Shown here: one piece after another, positions 1 to 9,085 of the stretch
Numbering within the stretch: the first letter of the stretch is position 1
How the letters are laid out: every line of letters begins with the position of its first letter
From: Deltaproteobacteria bacterium
GTDB lineage: Bacteria > Desulfobacterota > Binatia > Binatales > Binataceae
Reading direction: 5' to 3'
Assembly: GCA_021780585.1 (NCBI GenBank)
Contig: JAJXYM010000232.1
Location: forward strand, 1-16,757
Length of the DNA stretch: 16,757 bases
Notes under the pieces: model-generated
The model's database searches: none
What the model saw: only the letters and a program-made list of their open reading frames with translations
What the model was told of the DNA's origin: nothing
Program-made: the position numbers and the translations under genes

Positions 1-69
1 GAGCGATTGAACGATAACGGCGCAAATCGCAAAATCGCGGATGAAGTTGACTCAAATCGCGCGCGACGC

Positions 70-2106
70 ATGAAGGCGAGGCTAATGAACATGGGCGGAT
101 CGATCTCGTTGGTCGCGGCGACGTGGATGTATTGGTGGTCGCCGCTGTTCGACGCCGTCGCGGCGATCGCGATCGTGGTGTTGCCGTCGTTGCGGCGGAT
201 CGGGCCCTCCGAGATCGGTCTGCTGATCAAGCGTGCGTCATTTTCCAGACTCGCCGATGACAGTCCCGTCGCGTTCAACGGCGAGGCGGGATATCAGGCG
301 CGGCTGCTGATGCCGGGGTTACGATTCGCGCTGTGGCTGCTCTATCGCGTGGAAAAACATCCGTGGGTCCAGATTCCCGCCGGCGAGATCGGCGTGGTGG
401 TGGGACAGATCGGCGCGCCGTTGCCGACTGGGGCGAAATCCGCCGTCTATAAGCCCGAGTTCGGCAATTTCACGAATCTGCCGGCTTTTGTCGGCGGCGG
501 CGGCCAGAAGGGGGTGCAACGTCCCGTGCTGCCGCCGGGATCGCTTTTGCCGATCCATCCGGTGGCGTTTCTCGTAATTACGAAAGAGCGATGCTACGGC
601 GTGCCGCTCTCGCATGAGATTCTGGGTGAGGACGGCCGCTTCGGCCTCGACGCGGATCAATTCGACGTGCTGCGAATCGCGCCCCGCCGCGGCTCCGATA
701 ACGAAAGCTCTCTCGATACGGTCGGCATCGTGACCGTTTTCGAGGGCGATCCGCTGCCGTCGAGTCAAATTGCCTCGCGTTTGGGCGAGTTCAAGGATGT
801 CGAGGAGCTCGAACGATCGGGAGCAAGCGATTCCGAAGTGATCGAAACCATCTTCGGCAGCAAGAACCATCTGCATAATAACTATCAGGATTTTCAGGCG
901 TTCCTCGATCATGGCGGCCGGATAGGATTGCAGCACGATCCGCTGCTCTACGGCGCCTACAATCTCAATCCATTCCTGATCCGGGTCGAGATCGCGCCGA
1001 TGCTGGTGGTGCGACAGGGCGAAGTCGCGGTGATCAAGGCGTACGTCGGGATGGCGACGCAGGACACTTCCGGCCTCGATTTCAAGTTCGGCTCCCTGGT
1101 CCGACCCGGCCATCGCGGCATCTGGCAGGAACCGCTGCGCACGGGGAAATATCCGATCAACCCGCGATGCTATCAGGCGGAAATCGTGCCGACCGCGATC
1201 CTCACCCTCAATTGGGCGGAAGCGTCGTCGCAGGCGCACAATCTCGACAAGCAACTCAAGCAAATCGACGCCAAAAGCCGCGAGGGTTTCGTCTTCGCGA
1301 TTGATCTGCAGGTGCAGATTCACGTCGCCGACACCAAGGCCCCGCGGGTCATCTCGATGGTCGGCACGATGTACAATCTGGTCAACGAGGTGCTGCAGGC
1401 CGCCGTCGGCAATCATTTCCGCGACAAGCTGCAGAGCATGCCCGCGATCAGCTTTATCGAAACACGCCAGCTGATTCAGGAAGAGGCCCTCGCGCATATG
1501 CGCGCGAAGCTCGAAGAATATCAGGTCGAAACCAAGGGCGTTTATATCCAGGACGTGGTATTGCCGACCGAACTCGTCGACGTACTCACACAGCGCGAAA
1601 TCGCCCATCAGGAGCGTGACACCTTCGCCCAGCAACAGCTCGCGCAGGTGGCCCGGGTGCAACTCGAGGCGGAACGCGGCCGCGCCGATATGCAGCATGA
1701 ACTGGCGGGTTCGGAGGTCGGCAAGGAAATCGCCTCGAACCGCGCCGCCGCGCGCAAATCCGAAGCCGACGGCGAGGCCGCCTATATCGGCGAGACCGGA
1801 GCGGCCAAAGGCGCCGAAGTCCGCGCCGTTGGCATGGCGCGAGCCGAGGGTTTCGAGGCGCAGCGCCGCGCGCTGGGCGAAACCGCCACCGCAATCATCA
1901 ATTCGATCGACGGCCTCGCACGCGGCCAGCGCTTCGTGCCGGACATCCTGGTAACGGGCGGCGCAAATCCCTTCGACACGATCGCGGCGGCCTTGCTCCG
2001 GATGGTCAACGGCCACGGCGACCAGCCGCATGGCGACGGCGGCGCGGCGCCGGAAGCCGTTAAAGTCGCCGCCGCCGCGGCGAATGGTCCCGACGGCAAG
2101 GCGTAA
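70..2106 (+). CDS. Flotillin-like SPFH/band-7 family membrane protein (YqiK-like). Start uncertain and possibly 5'-truncated by the window edge.
   Basis: The 699-aa reading frame is open from position 1. A hydrophobic N-terminal helix (LVAATWMYWWSPLFDAVAAIAIVVL) is followed by a long conserved flotillin-type region (NGEAGYQARLLMPGL ... EKHPWVQIPAGEIGVV ... GGQKGVQRPVLPPG ...), then an SPFH core and an Ala/Glu/Arg-rich coiled-coil tail. Candidate ATG starts lie at 70, 85 and 91, none with a strong Shine-Dalgarno. The stop is TAA at 2104-2106. Confidence 0.8.
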   Translation: MKARLMNMGGSISLVAATWMYWWSPLFDAVAAIAIVVLPSLRRIGPSEIGLLIKRASFSRLADDSPVAFNGEAGYQARLLMPGLRFALWLLYRVEKHPWVQIPAGEIGVVVGQIGAPLPTGAKSAVYKPEFGNFTNLPAFVGGGGQKGVQRPVLPPGSLLPIHPVAFLVITKERCYGVPLSHEILGEDGRFGLDADQFDVLRIAPRRGSDNESSLDTVGIVTVFEGDPLPSSQIASRLGEFKDVEELERSGASDSEVIETIFGSKNHLHNNYQDFQAFLDHGGRIGLQHDPLLYGAYNLNPFLIRVEIAPMLVVRQGEVAVIKAYVGMATQDTSGLDFKFGSLVRPGHRGIWQEPLRTGKYPINPRCYQAEIVPTAILTLNWAEASSQAHNLDKQLKQIDAKSREGFVFAIDLQVQIHVADTKAPRVISMVGTMYNLVNEVLQAAVGNHFRDKLQSMPAISFIETRQLIQEEALAHMRAKLEEYQVETKGVYIQDVVLPTELVDVLTQREIAHQERDTFAQQQLAQVARVQLEAERGRADMQHELAGSEVGKEIASNRAAARKSEADGEAAYIGETGAAKGAEVRAVGMARAEGFEAQRRALGETATAIINSIDGLARGQRFVPDILVTGGANPFDTIAAALLRMVNGHGDQPHGDGGAAPEAVKVAAAAANGPDGKA

Positions 2107-2168
2107 TCGGGCGTCATACGTATGCGAATCGAGCGGCTGCCGGCGGCGCTCCAGACGCCGGAACAAAA

Positions 2169-2535
2169 ATGGCAATGATATTTCATCTGGCAGGGCGGGC
2201 TGAATGGGAAGCGGCGCGCGCGGCCGGAAGTTATGCGCCGGCGTCGCTCGATCGCGAGGGCTTTATCCATTGCTCGACGCGCGCGCAACTTGCCGCGACG
2301 GCCAACGCGTGGTTTCGCGGACGGCGCGATCTGATCGTTCTCCGTATCGACGAGGCGCGCCTCGACGCTCCCCTCCGCTACGAGGCGCCGAAAGCGCCCG
2401 GCGACGCGCGCGGCCGAGCGCTTTCCCCATCTGTACGGTCCGCTGAGGCCGGACGCGGTGATCGAGGTCGTGGAATTTCCCTGCGACGCGAACGGCGCCT
2501 TCGAGTTGCCGCCGGCGCTGCGCCCCATGCGATGA
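2169..2535 (+). pseudogene. DUF952 family protein, interrupted by an apparent +1 frameshift near 2400-2416 in the sequence as given.
   Basis: The N-terminal part in frame 0 reads MIFHLAGRAEWEAARAAGSYAPASLDREGFIHCSTRAQLAATANAWFRGRRDLIVLRIDEARLDAPLRYEAP, which is typical of DUF952. The conserved C-terminal motif ERFPHLYGPLRPDAVIEVVEFPCDANGAFELPPALRPMR then continues in frame +1 and ends at TGA 2533-2535. One extra nucleotide in the GC-rich run gacgcgcgcggccgag would explain the shift. Confidence 0.6.
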
Positions 2536-2618
2536 TTCCGCCCGCCCGCGTGGCGCTCGCTCGCGGCATCCCTTACGATTATCCGGCAAATCAATCGTGC
2601 GGGCGTGGTCGGATCACT

Positions 2619-3515
2619 ATGGAAACGCGGCGGCTGGGCAAAACCGGAATGATGGTGAGCGTGATCGGTTTCGGCGCGTCCGAAATCGGCTATCAGAACG
2701 TCGCGCCGCGCACGGTCGAAACGTTGCTCAATTCCGCGCTCGACGCCGGCCTCAACGTGATCGACACCGCCGCCTGTTACGACGCGAGCGAGGAATTGAT
2801 CGGCCGCGCGATCGGCCATCGCCGCAACGAATACTATTTGCTGACCAAATGCGGCCACGCCAAGGGCCTGACCGCGCGCGAGTGGACGCCCGGGATCGTC
2901 GCGATGAGTCTCGCGCGCAGCCTCAAGCGGATGCGCACCGATTACGTCGATCTGCTGCAATTCCATTCGTGCGACGCCGAGACGCTGCGCGACGACGCGC
3001 TGATCGCGGCGCTGGCGCGAACGCGCGAGCAAGGCCTGGCGCGCGCGATCGGTTACAGTGGCGACGGTCCGGCCGCGCTCGCCGCGATCGCGCTGGGCGT
3101 CTTCGACACGCTGCAGATTTCCGTCAATCTCGCCGATCAGGAGGCGCTCGAACGCGCCCTGCCGGAGGCCGCCGCGCGCGACATGGGCGTGATCGCCAAG
3201 CGCCCGATCGCCAACGCGGCGTGGCTCCAGAGCCGCTGGAGCATCCCCGAATACGGACGGCCCTATCGGCGCCGGCTGCGTAAGCTCGACTATCCGGCTT
3301 TGCGCGGCGATCGCGCCGCCACGATCGGCGCGGCGCTCCGCTTCACGCTGGCCGCTCCTGGCGTCCATACCGCGATTATCGGCACCACCAGGCCGTCGCG
3401 ATGGGAAGAAAACGCGGCGTTGCTCAAGGCCGGTCCGATGCCGGCCGGGGAGTTCGCGGCGATCCGCGCGCGCTGGCGCGAAGTCGCCGGCGACGACTGG
3501 GTCGGCCTGCGCTGA
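2619..3515 (+). CDS. Aldo/keto reductase family oxidoreductase.
   Basis: METRRLGKTGMMVSVIGFGASEIG ... LNVIDTAACYD ... ELIGRAIG is the AKR N-terminal signature. The full (beta/alpha)8 AKR fold length follows, about 298 aa. The ATG lies at 2619 in the same frame as the ORF-track 448-aa ORF. That ORF is an artefactual read-through from the DUF952 region. Confidence 0.85.
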   Translation: METRRLGKTGMMVSVIGFGASEIGYQNVAPRTVETLLNSALDAGLNVIDTAACYDASEELIGRAIGHRRNEYYLLTKCGHAKGLTAREWTPGIVAMSLARSLKRMRTDYVDLLQFHSCDAETLRDDALIAALARTREQGLARAIGYSGDGPAALAAIALGVFDTLQISVNLADQEALERALPEAAARDMGVIAKRPIANAAWLQSRWSIPEYGRPYRRRLRKLDYPALRGDRAATIGAALRFTLAAPGVHTAIIGTTRPSRWEENAALLKAGPMPAGEFAAIRARWREVAGDDWVGLR

Positions 3516-3525
3516 CGCGGACCCG

Positions 3526-3541
3526 GCGCGCGATCGCGCGC
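3526..3541. terminator. Perfect 16-bp GC palindrome GCGCGCGATCGCGCGC followed by a T-rich tract (tttcgtctt). This is a candidate intrinsic terminator or protein-binding site just after the AKR stop.
   Basis: The palindrome is read directly from the sequence. It lies 11 bp downstream of the stop at 3513-3515 and is followed by TTTCGTCTT. Confidence 0.35.
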
Positions 3542-3629
3542 TTTCGTCTTGCGGCGGCGCGCGCCATCTCGCTAACGTCCTGACCAACCGGATACGCCGC
3601 GCGCCGGCGTATCGCGCGAGGAGGCTCCG

Positions 3630-4610
3630 ATGAAGTGCAAGGCGATCGTCGTGGCGAAAACCGGCGGCCCGGAAGTGCTCGACTTCAAAGAGGTCGACGT
3701 GCCCGCGCCGGGACCGGGACAGGTCCTCGTGCGGCATCGCGCGATCGGCCTCAACTTCGTCGAAATCTATTTCCGCGCCGGCGTCTATCCGGCGCCGTCG
3801 ATGCCGTTTACGCCGGGCAGCGAGGCCGCCGGCGTGATCGAAGCGCTCGGCCCGGGGGTGACGGAATTCAAGGTCGGCGACCGCGTCGCATACGCCGGCG
3901 GACCGCTCGGCGCGTACGCCGAGGCGCGCGTGATGCCGGCGCGGGTGCTGGTGAAGCTGCCCGACGCGATCGACGAAATCACCGCCGCCGCCACGATGCT
4001 CAAGGGCATGACCGCGCATTTCCTGATCCATGCGACCCGCCCGATCCGGCCCGGCGAAACGATCCTCGTGCATGCCGCCGCCGGCGGCGTCGGGCAGATT
4101 CTCTGCCAATGGGCGGCGCATCTGGGCGCCACCGTGATCGGCACGGTCGGCAGCGACGACAAGGCCCGGCTCGCGGCGGCCCACGGATGCGCCCATACGA
4201 TCGTTTACAGCCGCGAGGATTTCGTCGCCCGCGTCAAGGAGATCACGGGCGGCGCGCTGGTCCCGGTGGTCTACGATTCGGTCGGCGAGGCGACCTTCAT
4301 GAAGTCGCTCGATTGTCTCAGTCCGCGCGGTATGATGGTCAGCTACGGGCAGGCATCGGGAATCGTGCCGCCGTTCAGCGTCAATCTCCTGAGCGCCAAA
4401 GGCTCCCTCTACCTGACCCGCCCGACGCTCCAGACCTACACCGCCAAACGCGAGGAACTGGTCGAACGCGCGCAGGCGTTGTTCGACGCGCTGGCGCGCG
4501 GCGTGGTGCGATGCGCGGCGCCCCGCCGTTTCGCGTTGGCCGACGCCGCGGCGGCCCATCGCGCGCTCGGCGAGCGCCAGACCACGGGATCGAACGTGCT
4601 CATTCCCTGA
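3630..4610 (+). CDS. qor: NADPH:quinone oxidoreductase (zeta-crystallin family, MDR superfamily).
   Basis: The 326-aa protein matches E. coli Qor end to end as recalled (GGPEVL ... AIGLNFVEIYFRAGVYP ... HAAAGGVGQILCQWA ... VYDSVG ... SLDCL ... GSLYLTRPTLQTY ... GSNVLIP). A strong SD GAGGAGG lies 6-8 nt upstream of the ATG at 3630. Confidence 0.93.
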   Translation: MKCKAIVVAKTGGPEVLDFKEVDVPAPGPGQVLVRHRAIGLNFVEIYFRAGVYPAPSMPFTPGSEAAGVIEALGPGVTEFKVGDRVAYAGGPLGAYAEARVMPARVLVKLPDAIDEITAAATMLKGMTAHFLIHATRPIRPGETILVHAAAGGVGQILCQWAAHLGATVIGTVGSDDKARLAAAHGCAHTIVYSREDFVARVKEITGGALVPVVYDSVGEATFMKSLDCLSPRGMMVSYGQASGIVPPFSVNLLSAKGSLYLTRPTLQTYTAKREELVERAQALFDALARGVVRCAAPRRFALADAAAAHRALGERQTTGSNVLIP

Positions 4611-4691
4611 ACGATTCGGAAGCGGTCGCCTCGTCCGCGCCGCCCGGCTAGCGTGATCGAGGCGCGATCGATCGTTGATCGCGCGGGCGCG

Positions 4692-5894
4692 ATGAAAATT
4701 CTGGTCTTCAATTGCGGCAGCTCGTCGCTCAAATTCGAGCTGATCGAAATTCGCGACGGCGCGGCCGGTCGCGATCGCCTCGCGCGCGGCGTGTTTCAGG
4801 AGATCGGACCGCGCGCGCATGCGACGATGGAATCCGCCGACGGCCGCAAATGCGACGCCGCGGCGCCTGTCGGCAGCCATCGCGAGGCCGCGATTCGCGC
4901 ACTGGAATGGCTCGCCGGCGACGCCGCCACGCCGCGTCCCGACGCGATCGCCCATCGCATCGTCCATGGCGGCGCGAGCGTCAGCGCGCCGACGCTCGCG
5001 AACGACGCGGTGATCGCGGAACTCGAGGCCGCCGCGCGCTTCGCGCCGCTGCATAATCCGCCGGCGATCGAAACGCTCAAGGCGGTGCGCGAAAAATTTC
5101 CCGGTGCGCCGTCGGTGATCGTCGCCGATACCGCGTTCCATCAGACGCTCCCGCCGCACGCCCGCGAATACGCGATTCCGCGCGCGATCGCCGCCCGCCA
5201 CGGAATCCGCCGCTTCGGCTTTCATGGCGTCGGCCATTCGTGGATGCTCGAGCGCTACGCCGAAATCGTCCAAAGGCCTCCGGCCAGCCTCGATCTGATT
5301 ACGCTGCAACTCGGCGCCGGATGCTCGATCGCGGCGATTCAGGCCGGCCGCTCGATCGATACCTCGATGGGGCTGACGCCGCTGGAAGGGCTGATGATGG
5401 CGACGCGCTCGGGCGATCTGGATCCGGCGATCGTGAGCTACCTCGCAACGGCGGAGCGGATTTCGGCCGCCGACGTCGAACGCATCCTGAATTACGAATC
5501 GGGCCTGCGCGGCGTCTCGCAACTCTCCGACGACATGCGCGAGCTGGAGCGCGCGGCGCCGTCGCATCCCGACGCGGCGCTGGCGATCGCAATGTTCCGC
5601 TACCGCGCGCGCAAATATATCGGCGCCTATATGGCCGCGCTCGGCCGCGCCGACGCGATTATCTTCGGCGGCGGAATCGGCGAGAATTCAGCCGCGATCC
5701 GCGCCCGGATCTGCGCCGGACTCGAAACCTTCGGAATCGCTTTCGACGCCGCGCGTAATCAGGCCGCGAGCGGCCGCGAAGCGCGTTTCAGCGCCGACGG
5801 CGCGGCGACGGAACTTTGGGTCGTGCCGCTCGACGAGGAATTTCAGATCGCCCGCGCGACCGCGCGCCTGCTGCGCGGCGAGGCGCCGCGTTAG
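4692..5894 (+). CDS. ackA: Acetate kinase (or acetate/propionate kinase family).
   Basis: MKILVFNCGSSSLKFEL is the canonical acetate kinase N-terminus. Later motifs VHGG, ADTAFHQT, FGFHGVGH and IFGGGIGENS are present. The ORF track starts at a GTG at 4653, but the ATG at 4692 gives the conserved N-terminus. The stop is TAG at 5892-5894. Confidence 0.9.
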   Translation: MKILVFNCGSSSLKFELIEIRDGAAGRDRLARGVFQEIGPRAHATMESADGRKCDAAAPVGSHREAAIRALEWLAGDAATPRPDAIAHRIVHGGASVSAPTLANDAVIAELEAAARFAPLHNPPAIETLKAVREKFPGAPSVIVADTAFHQTLPPHAREYAIPRAIAARHGIRRFGFHGVGHSWMLERYAEIVQRPPASLDLITLQLGAGCSIAAIQAGRSIDTSMGLTPLEGLMMATRSGDLDPAIVSYLATAERISAADVERILNYESGLRGVSQLSDDMRELERAAPSHPDAALAIAMFRYRARKYIGAYMAALGRADAIIFGGGIGENSAAIRARICAGLETFGIAFDAARNQAASGREARFSADGAATELWVVPLDEEFQIARATARLLRGEAPR

Positions 5895-6013
5895 GCGCCC
5901 TCGCGCCCGGACCGTCATGGCCCGCCGACGCGATTGCCGCTCGCCGGAACCGAACGTATCGTGACCGCAAGCCGTGTCCGCTTGGCGCTTGAGCCGTTCC
6001 CGTTGGAGTCACG

Positions 6014-7351
6014 ATGACGCATCTGATCGCCGCACGTTCGCAGATGGCGATGTCGCTCGCCTTCCATATCCTCTTCGCCTGCGTCGGAATCGCGATGCCG
6101 CTGCTGATGATCGTCGCGGAATGGCGCTATCGGCGCACGCGCGACGAGGTCTATCTGCTGCTGGCGCGGCGCTGGGCGATCGGCGCGGCGATCATGTTCG
6201 CGGTCGGCGCGGTCTCGGGCACGGTCCTGTCGTTCGAACTCGGCCTGCTGTGGCCGCATTTCATGGGCTGGGCGGGCGCGATTATCGGCATGCCGTTTTC
6301 GCTCGAAGGCTTCGCCTTTTTTACCGAAGCGATCTTCCTCGGCATTTATATGTACGGATGGGATCGGGTCAGCCCGCGCGCCCATCTGGGAGCCGGCGCG
6401 ATGGTCGCGCTGTCGGGCGTGGTCTCGGGAATTTTCATCGTGATCGCGAACGCGTGGATGAACACGCCGGTCGGCTTTCGCCTGGTCGGCGGCAATCCCG
6501 TCGATATCGATCCGCTGGCGACGCTGACCAATCCCGCCGCGCTCCACGAAACCGTCCATATGACGATCGCGGCATACGCCGCCACCGGCTTCGTCGTTGC
6601 GGGAATCCATGCCGCGATGTGGCTGCGCGATCGCGCGAATTTGTTCCATCGCCGCGCGCTCGCGATCGCCTTCGCGGTCGGCGCGGTCGCCGCGATCCTG
6701 CAGCCGCTCAGCGGCGACGCCTCGGCCCGCGCCGTCGCGCGCCTGCAACCGATCAAAATCGCCGCCTTCGAGGGGCTGTTCGTTACCGGCCCGCATGCTC
6801 CACTCGCGATCGGCGGTATCCCGGACGTCGGCGCGCGCCGCCTGCGCTACGCGATTGAACTGCCCTCGATGCTCAGTATCATGACCTACCATAACCCGGA
6901 CGCGGTGATGCGCGGGCTCGATTCGTTCCCTGAAAACGATTGGCCGAGTCCGCTGATCGCGGTGCATCTCGCCTTTCAAATCATGGTCGGCGCGGGTTTC
7001 GCGATGGCCGCGCTGGCGCTCTGGGGCGCGTGGCTGGCGTGGTGGCGGCGCAATCTTTTCGGCTCGGTATGGTTCATGCGCGCGCTCGCGCTCGCCGCTC
7101 CGCTCGGGCTAATCGCGGTCGAGGCCGGATGGGTGGTGACCGAAGTCGGCCGCCAGCCGTGGATCATTTATGGCGTGATGCGGACGGCGCAGGCGGTTAC
7201 GCCGATGCCCGGTCTGTACATCACCTTTCCCATCTTTTCCCTGCTCTATCTGTTCCTCGGCGTGACGGTGGCCTTCCTGATGTGGCGGCAGGTGATGGCG
7301 AGTCCGACCAGCGCGGAGCTCGCCGCGCTGGCCGCGACGGAGGAACGATGA
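6014..7351 (+). CDS. cydA: Cytochrome bd-type ubiquinol oxidase subunit I (short Q-loop type).
   Basis: The 445-aa polytopic membrane protein shows CydA signatures (MSLAFHILFA ... GWAGAI ... EAGWVVTEVGRQPWIIYGVMRTA). A GGAG SD lies upstream of the ATG at 6014. The stop overlaps the cydB start in an ATGA overlap. Confidence 0.92.
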   Translation: MTHLIAARSQMAMSLAFHILFACVGIAMPLLMIVAEWRYRRTRDEVYLLLARRWAIGAAIMFAVGAVSGTVLSFELGLLWPHFMGWAGAIIGMPFSLEGFAFFTEAIFLGIYMYGWDRVSPRAHLGAGAMVALSGVVSGIFIVIANAWMNTPVGFRLVGGNPVDIDPLATLTNPAALHETVHMTIAAYAATGFVVAGIHAAMWLRDRANLFHRRALAIAFAVGAVAAILQPLSGDASARAVARLQPIKIAAFEGLFVTGPHAPLAIGGIPDVGARRLRYAIELPSMLSIMTYHNPDAVMRGLDSFPENDWPSPLIAVHLAFQIMVGAGFAMAALALWGAWLAWWRRNLFGSVWFMRALALAAPLGLIAVEAGWVVTEVGRQPWIIYGVMRTAQAVTPMPGLYITFPIFSLLYLFLGVTVAFLMWRQVMASPTSAELAALAATEER

Positions 7352-8394
7352 TGCCGTTCGCGCTCTGGTTCGTCGCGGGCGTATTGATTGTCGCGCTGAC
7401 GATCTACGTGCTGACGGGAGGCGCCGATTACGGCGGCGGCGTATGGGACCTGTGCGCCGCCGGCCCGCGCGCCCAAGCCCAGCGCGACCTGATCGCCCAC
7501 GCGATCGGACCGGTATGGGAGGCCGATCACGTATGGCTGATTCTGGTCGTCGTGATTCTCTTCGACGGCTTTCCCCCCGCCTTCGCCCGGATCATGACCG
7601 CGATGCATGTGCCGATCACGCTGATGCTGATCGGCGTGGTCCTGCGCGGCTCCGCCTTCAGCTTTCGCAGCTACGGACTCGGTCAGGATCGCGCGCGGCG
7701 CGAATGGGGCCGGGTCTTCTCGATCGCGAGCCTAATCACGCCAATCCTGCTCGGAATTATTATCGGCGCGATCGCCTCCGGCCGCATCCCGGCCAATCCG
7801 CACGTCCTGCGCGACTTCGTTACGCCGTGGCTGACGCCGTTCTGCTTCGGCGTCGGCGTGTTCACGCTCGCGATTTTCGCCTATCTGGCGGCCACGTATG
7901 CGACCGTCGAAGCCGGCGCAGTCGGCGACCCCGCCCTGGCTGACGATTTCCGCCGCCGCGCGATCGGCGCCGCGCTCGCCGTCGGCGTAATCGCCGGCGT
8001 CGTCCTGACGCTTTCGATTCATGGCGCGCCGCTGATCTGGAACGGCCTGACCCATCGCGGATGGACCTGGCCGATCTTCTGGCTCACCACGATTTTCGCG
8101 CTGGCCGCGCTCTGGGCGCTTTGGACGAGGCGCTTCGCTTTGGCCCGCATCTGCGCGGCCGGCCAGGTCGCATTGATTCTGTGGGGCTGGGCGCTGGCGC
8201 AATTCCCCTATCTGCTCGAACCCGATCTGACGATATTTAACGCCGCCGCGCCGGTCCGAACGCTCGATATTCTCGCCCTCGCGCTGGCGGCGGGAGCCTT
8301 GCTGCTCCTGCCGTCGTATCGCTATTTGCTGATCGTCTTCAAGCGCGATCGGCGCGCCGCCGTCGCCGTCGCCACACCGCCGCCGCGCGATTAG
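7348..8394 (+). CDS. cydB: Cytochrome bd-type ubiquinol oxidase subunit II.
   Basis: MMPFALWFVAGVLIVALTIYVLTGGADYGGGVWDL is the typical CydB start. The protein is about 348 aa and all-membrane. The start at 7348 overlaps the cydA TGA at 7349-7351, with GGAGGAAC just upstream. The 484-aa ORF-track entry beginning at 6940 is an upstream read-through in the same frame. Confidence 0.9.
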   Translation: MMPFALWFVAGVLIVALTIYVLTGGADYGGGVWDLCAAGPRAQAQRDLIAHAIGPVWEADHVWLILVVVILFDGFPPAFARIMTAMHVPITLMLIGVVLRGSAFSFRSYGLGQDRARREWGRVFSIASLITPILLGIIIGAIASGRIPANPHVLRDFVTPWLTPFCFGVGVFTLAIFAYLAATYATVEAGAVGDPALADDFRRRAIGAALAVGVIAGVVLTLSIHGAPLIWNGLTHRGWTWPIFWLTTIFALAALWALWTRRFALARICAAGQVALILWGWALAQFPYLLEPDLTIFNAAAPVRTLDILALALAAGALLLLPSYRYLLIVFKRDRRAAVAVATPPPRD

Positions 8395-8481
8395 CTTTCG
8401 CACCAGACGGCGCGGACAAACCGCCACAAATCGCGCGGCCCACCCGCGCCGCGGTTCGGAAAGCGAAAGGAAATTAAAGTA

Positions 8482-8934
8482 ATGGATGAATTTCCCGATC
8501 TGAGCCGGCTGCTCGAACGCAGCGCCGTCAGCGCCACGCCCGCCGTCGCCGATTCAGTCGGCTATCCGCCCCGGCAGATGACGGCGGAGGAATTCGTCGA
8601 GTTCTGGCGGAGCGTCCGGCTGGTCGCGATGGCGACGGTCGGCGCGCATGGCCAGCCCCATCTCGCCCCGGTTCACGCGACGCTGCAGGGCGCGACGCTC
8701 CGCATGGTCATTTACGACAATGCCGTGCGCCGCGCCGATCTCGCCCGGAATCCGCGCGTCGCCTTCACCACCTGGCGGGCGGACGGCGCGGTCGCGATCG
8801 TCTATGGCCGCGCCCGCGAACTTCCCGACAGCCTGCGGCCGGCCCGTCCCGGCCGTAGCGGCAAGCCGCGCCAGGTGGTCGAAATCGAGGTCAAACTGAC
8901 GCGCGTCTACGCGATGCGCCCGGCATCCGCTTGA
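8482..8934 (+). CDS. Pyridoxamine 5'-phosphate oxidase-like (PNPOx/FMN-binding split-barrel) family protein.
   Basis: The 150-aa product carries motifs typical of the small PNPOx-like family: EEFVEFWRSVRLVAMATVGAHGQPHLAPVH ... RNPRVAFT. The spacing of AAAGGAAA upstream of the ATG at 8482 is long, and an alternative internal start at 8578 cannot be excluded. Confidence 0.6.
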   Translation: MDEFPDLSRLLERSAVSATPAVADSVGYPPRQMTAEEFVEFWRSVRLVAMATVGAHGQPHLAPVHATLQGATLRMVIYDNAVRRADLARNPRVAFTTWRADGAVAIVYGRARELPDSLRPARPGRSGKPRQVVEIEVKLTRVYAMRPASA

Positions 8935-9004
8935 GCCCGCCGCCGCGCCCTCGAGCAGCTTCACTACGCCGTCAGCCGTCCATCGGCGGGCGCGGGGCGC
9001 GCCG

Positions 9005-9037
9005 AAAAAAGCGGCGGCGTCTCGCCGACGCCGCCGC
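9005..9037. terminator. Bidirectional intrinsic-terminator hairpin between convergent genes.
   Basis: Stem GCGGCGGCGTC (9011-9021), loop TCGCC, stem GACGCCGCCGC (9027-9037). An A6 run sits immediately 5' at 9005-9010, which reads as a U-tract after the hairpin for the minus-strand gene ending at 9086. The hairpin lies between the plus-strand PNPOx stop at 8934 and the minus-strand stop at 9086. Confidence 0.6.
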
Positions 9038-9085
9038 TCTCCGCACGATTAACCGCGACTCGATCCGGTTGTGGTCGATGCGGCT

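Noticed and set aside
319-2175. 618-aa minus-strand ORF antisense to the flotillin gene.
   Set aside because: Same reasoning. The sense strand carries an unambiguous SPFH/flotillin protein, and the antisense product is low-complexity R/A/G.
2169-3515. 448-aa ORF fusing DUF952 to the aldo/keto reductase.
   Set aside because: It is a read-through artefact. The DUF952 C-terminus is in another frame and stops at 2535. The AKR has its own ATG at 2619 with the canonical N-terminus.
4653-4691. The GTG start at 4653 for acetate kinase, as in the ORF track.
   Set aside because: The ATG at 4692 yields the universally conserved MKILV(F)NCGSSS N-terminus. The 13 extra residues from the GTG have no counterpart in the family.
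1782-5567. 1261-aa ORF on the minus strand spanning DUF952, the AKR, qor and ackA.
   Set aside because: It has an Arg/Ala/Gly-rich low-complexity composition typical of antisense frames in about 68% GC DNA. The plus strand here encodes four proteins with clear, full-length family signatures. There are no recognisable motifs.
5915-8427. Long minus-strand ORFs (5915-6979 and 7732-8427) and the plus-strand ORF 6940-8394 as drawn in the ORF track.
   Set aside because: These are antisense or out-of-frame relative to cydA and cydB. The products are Arg/Asp-rich low-complexity sequences. cydB is taken from the ATG at 7348 instead.
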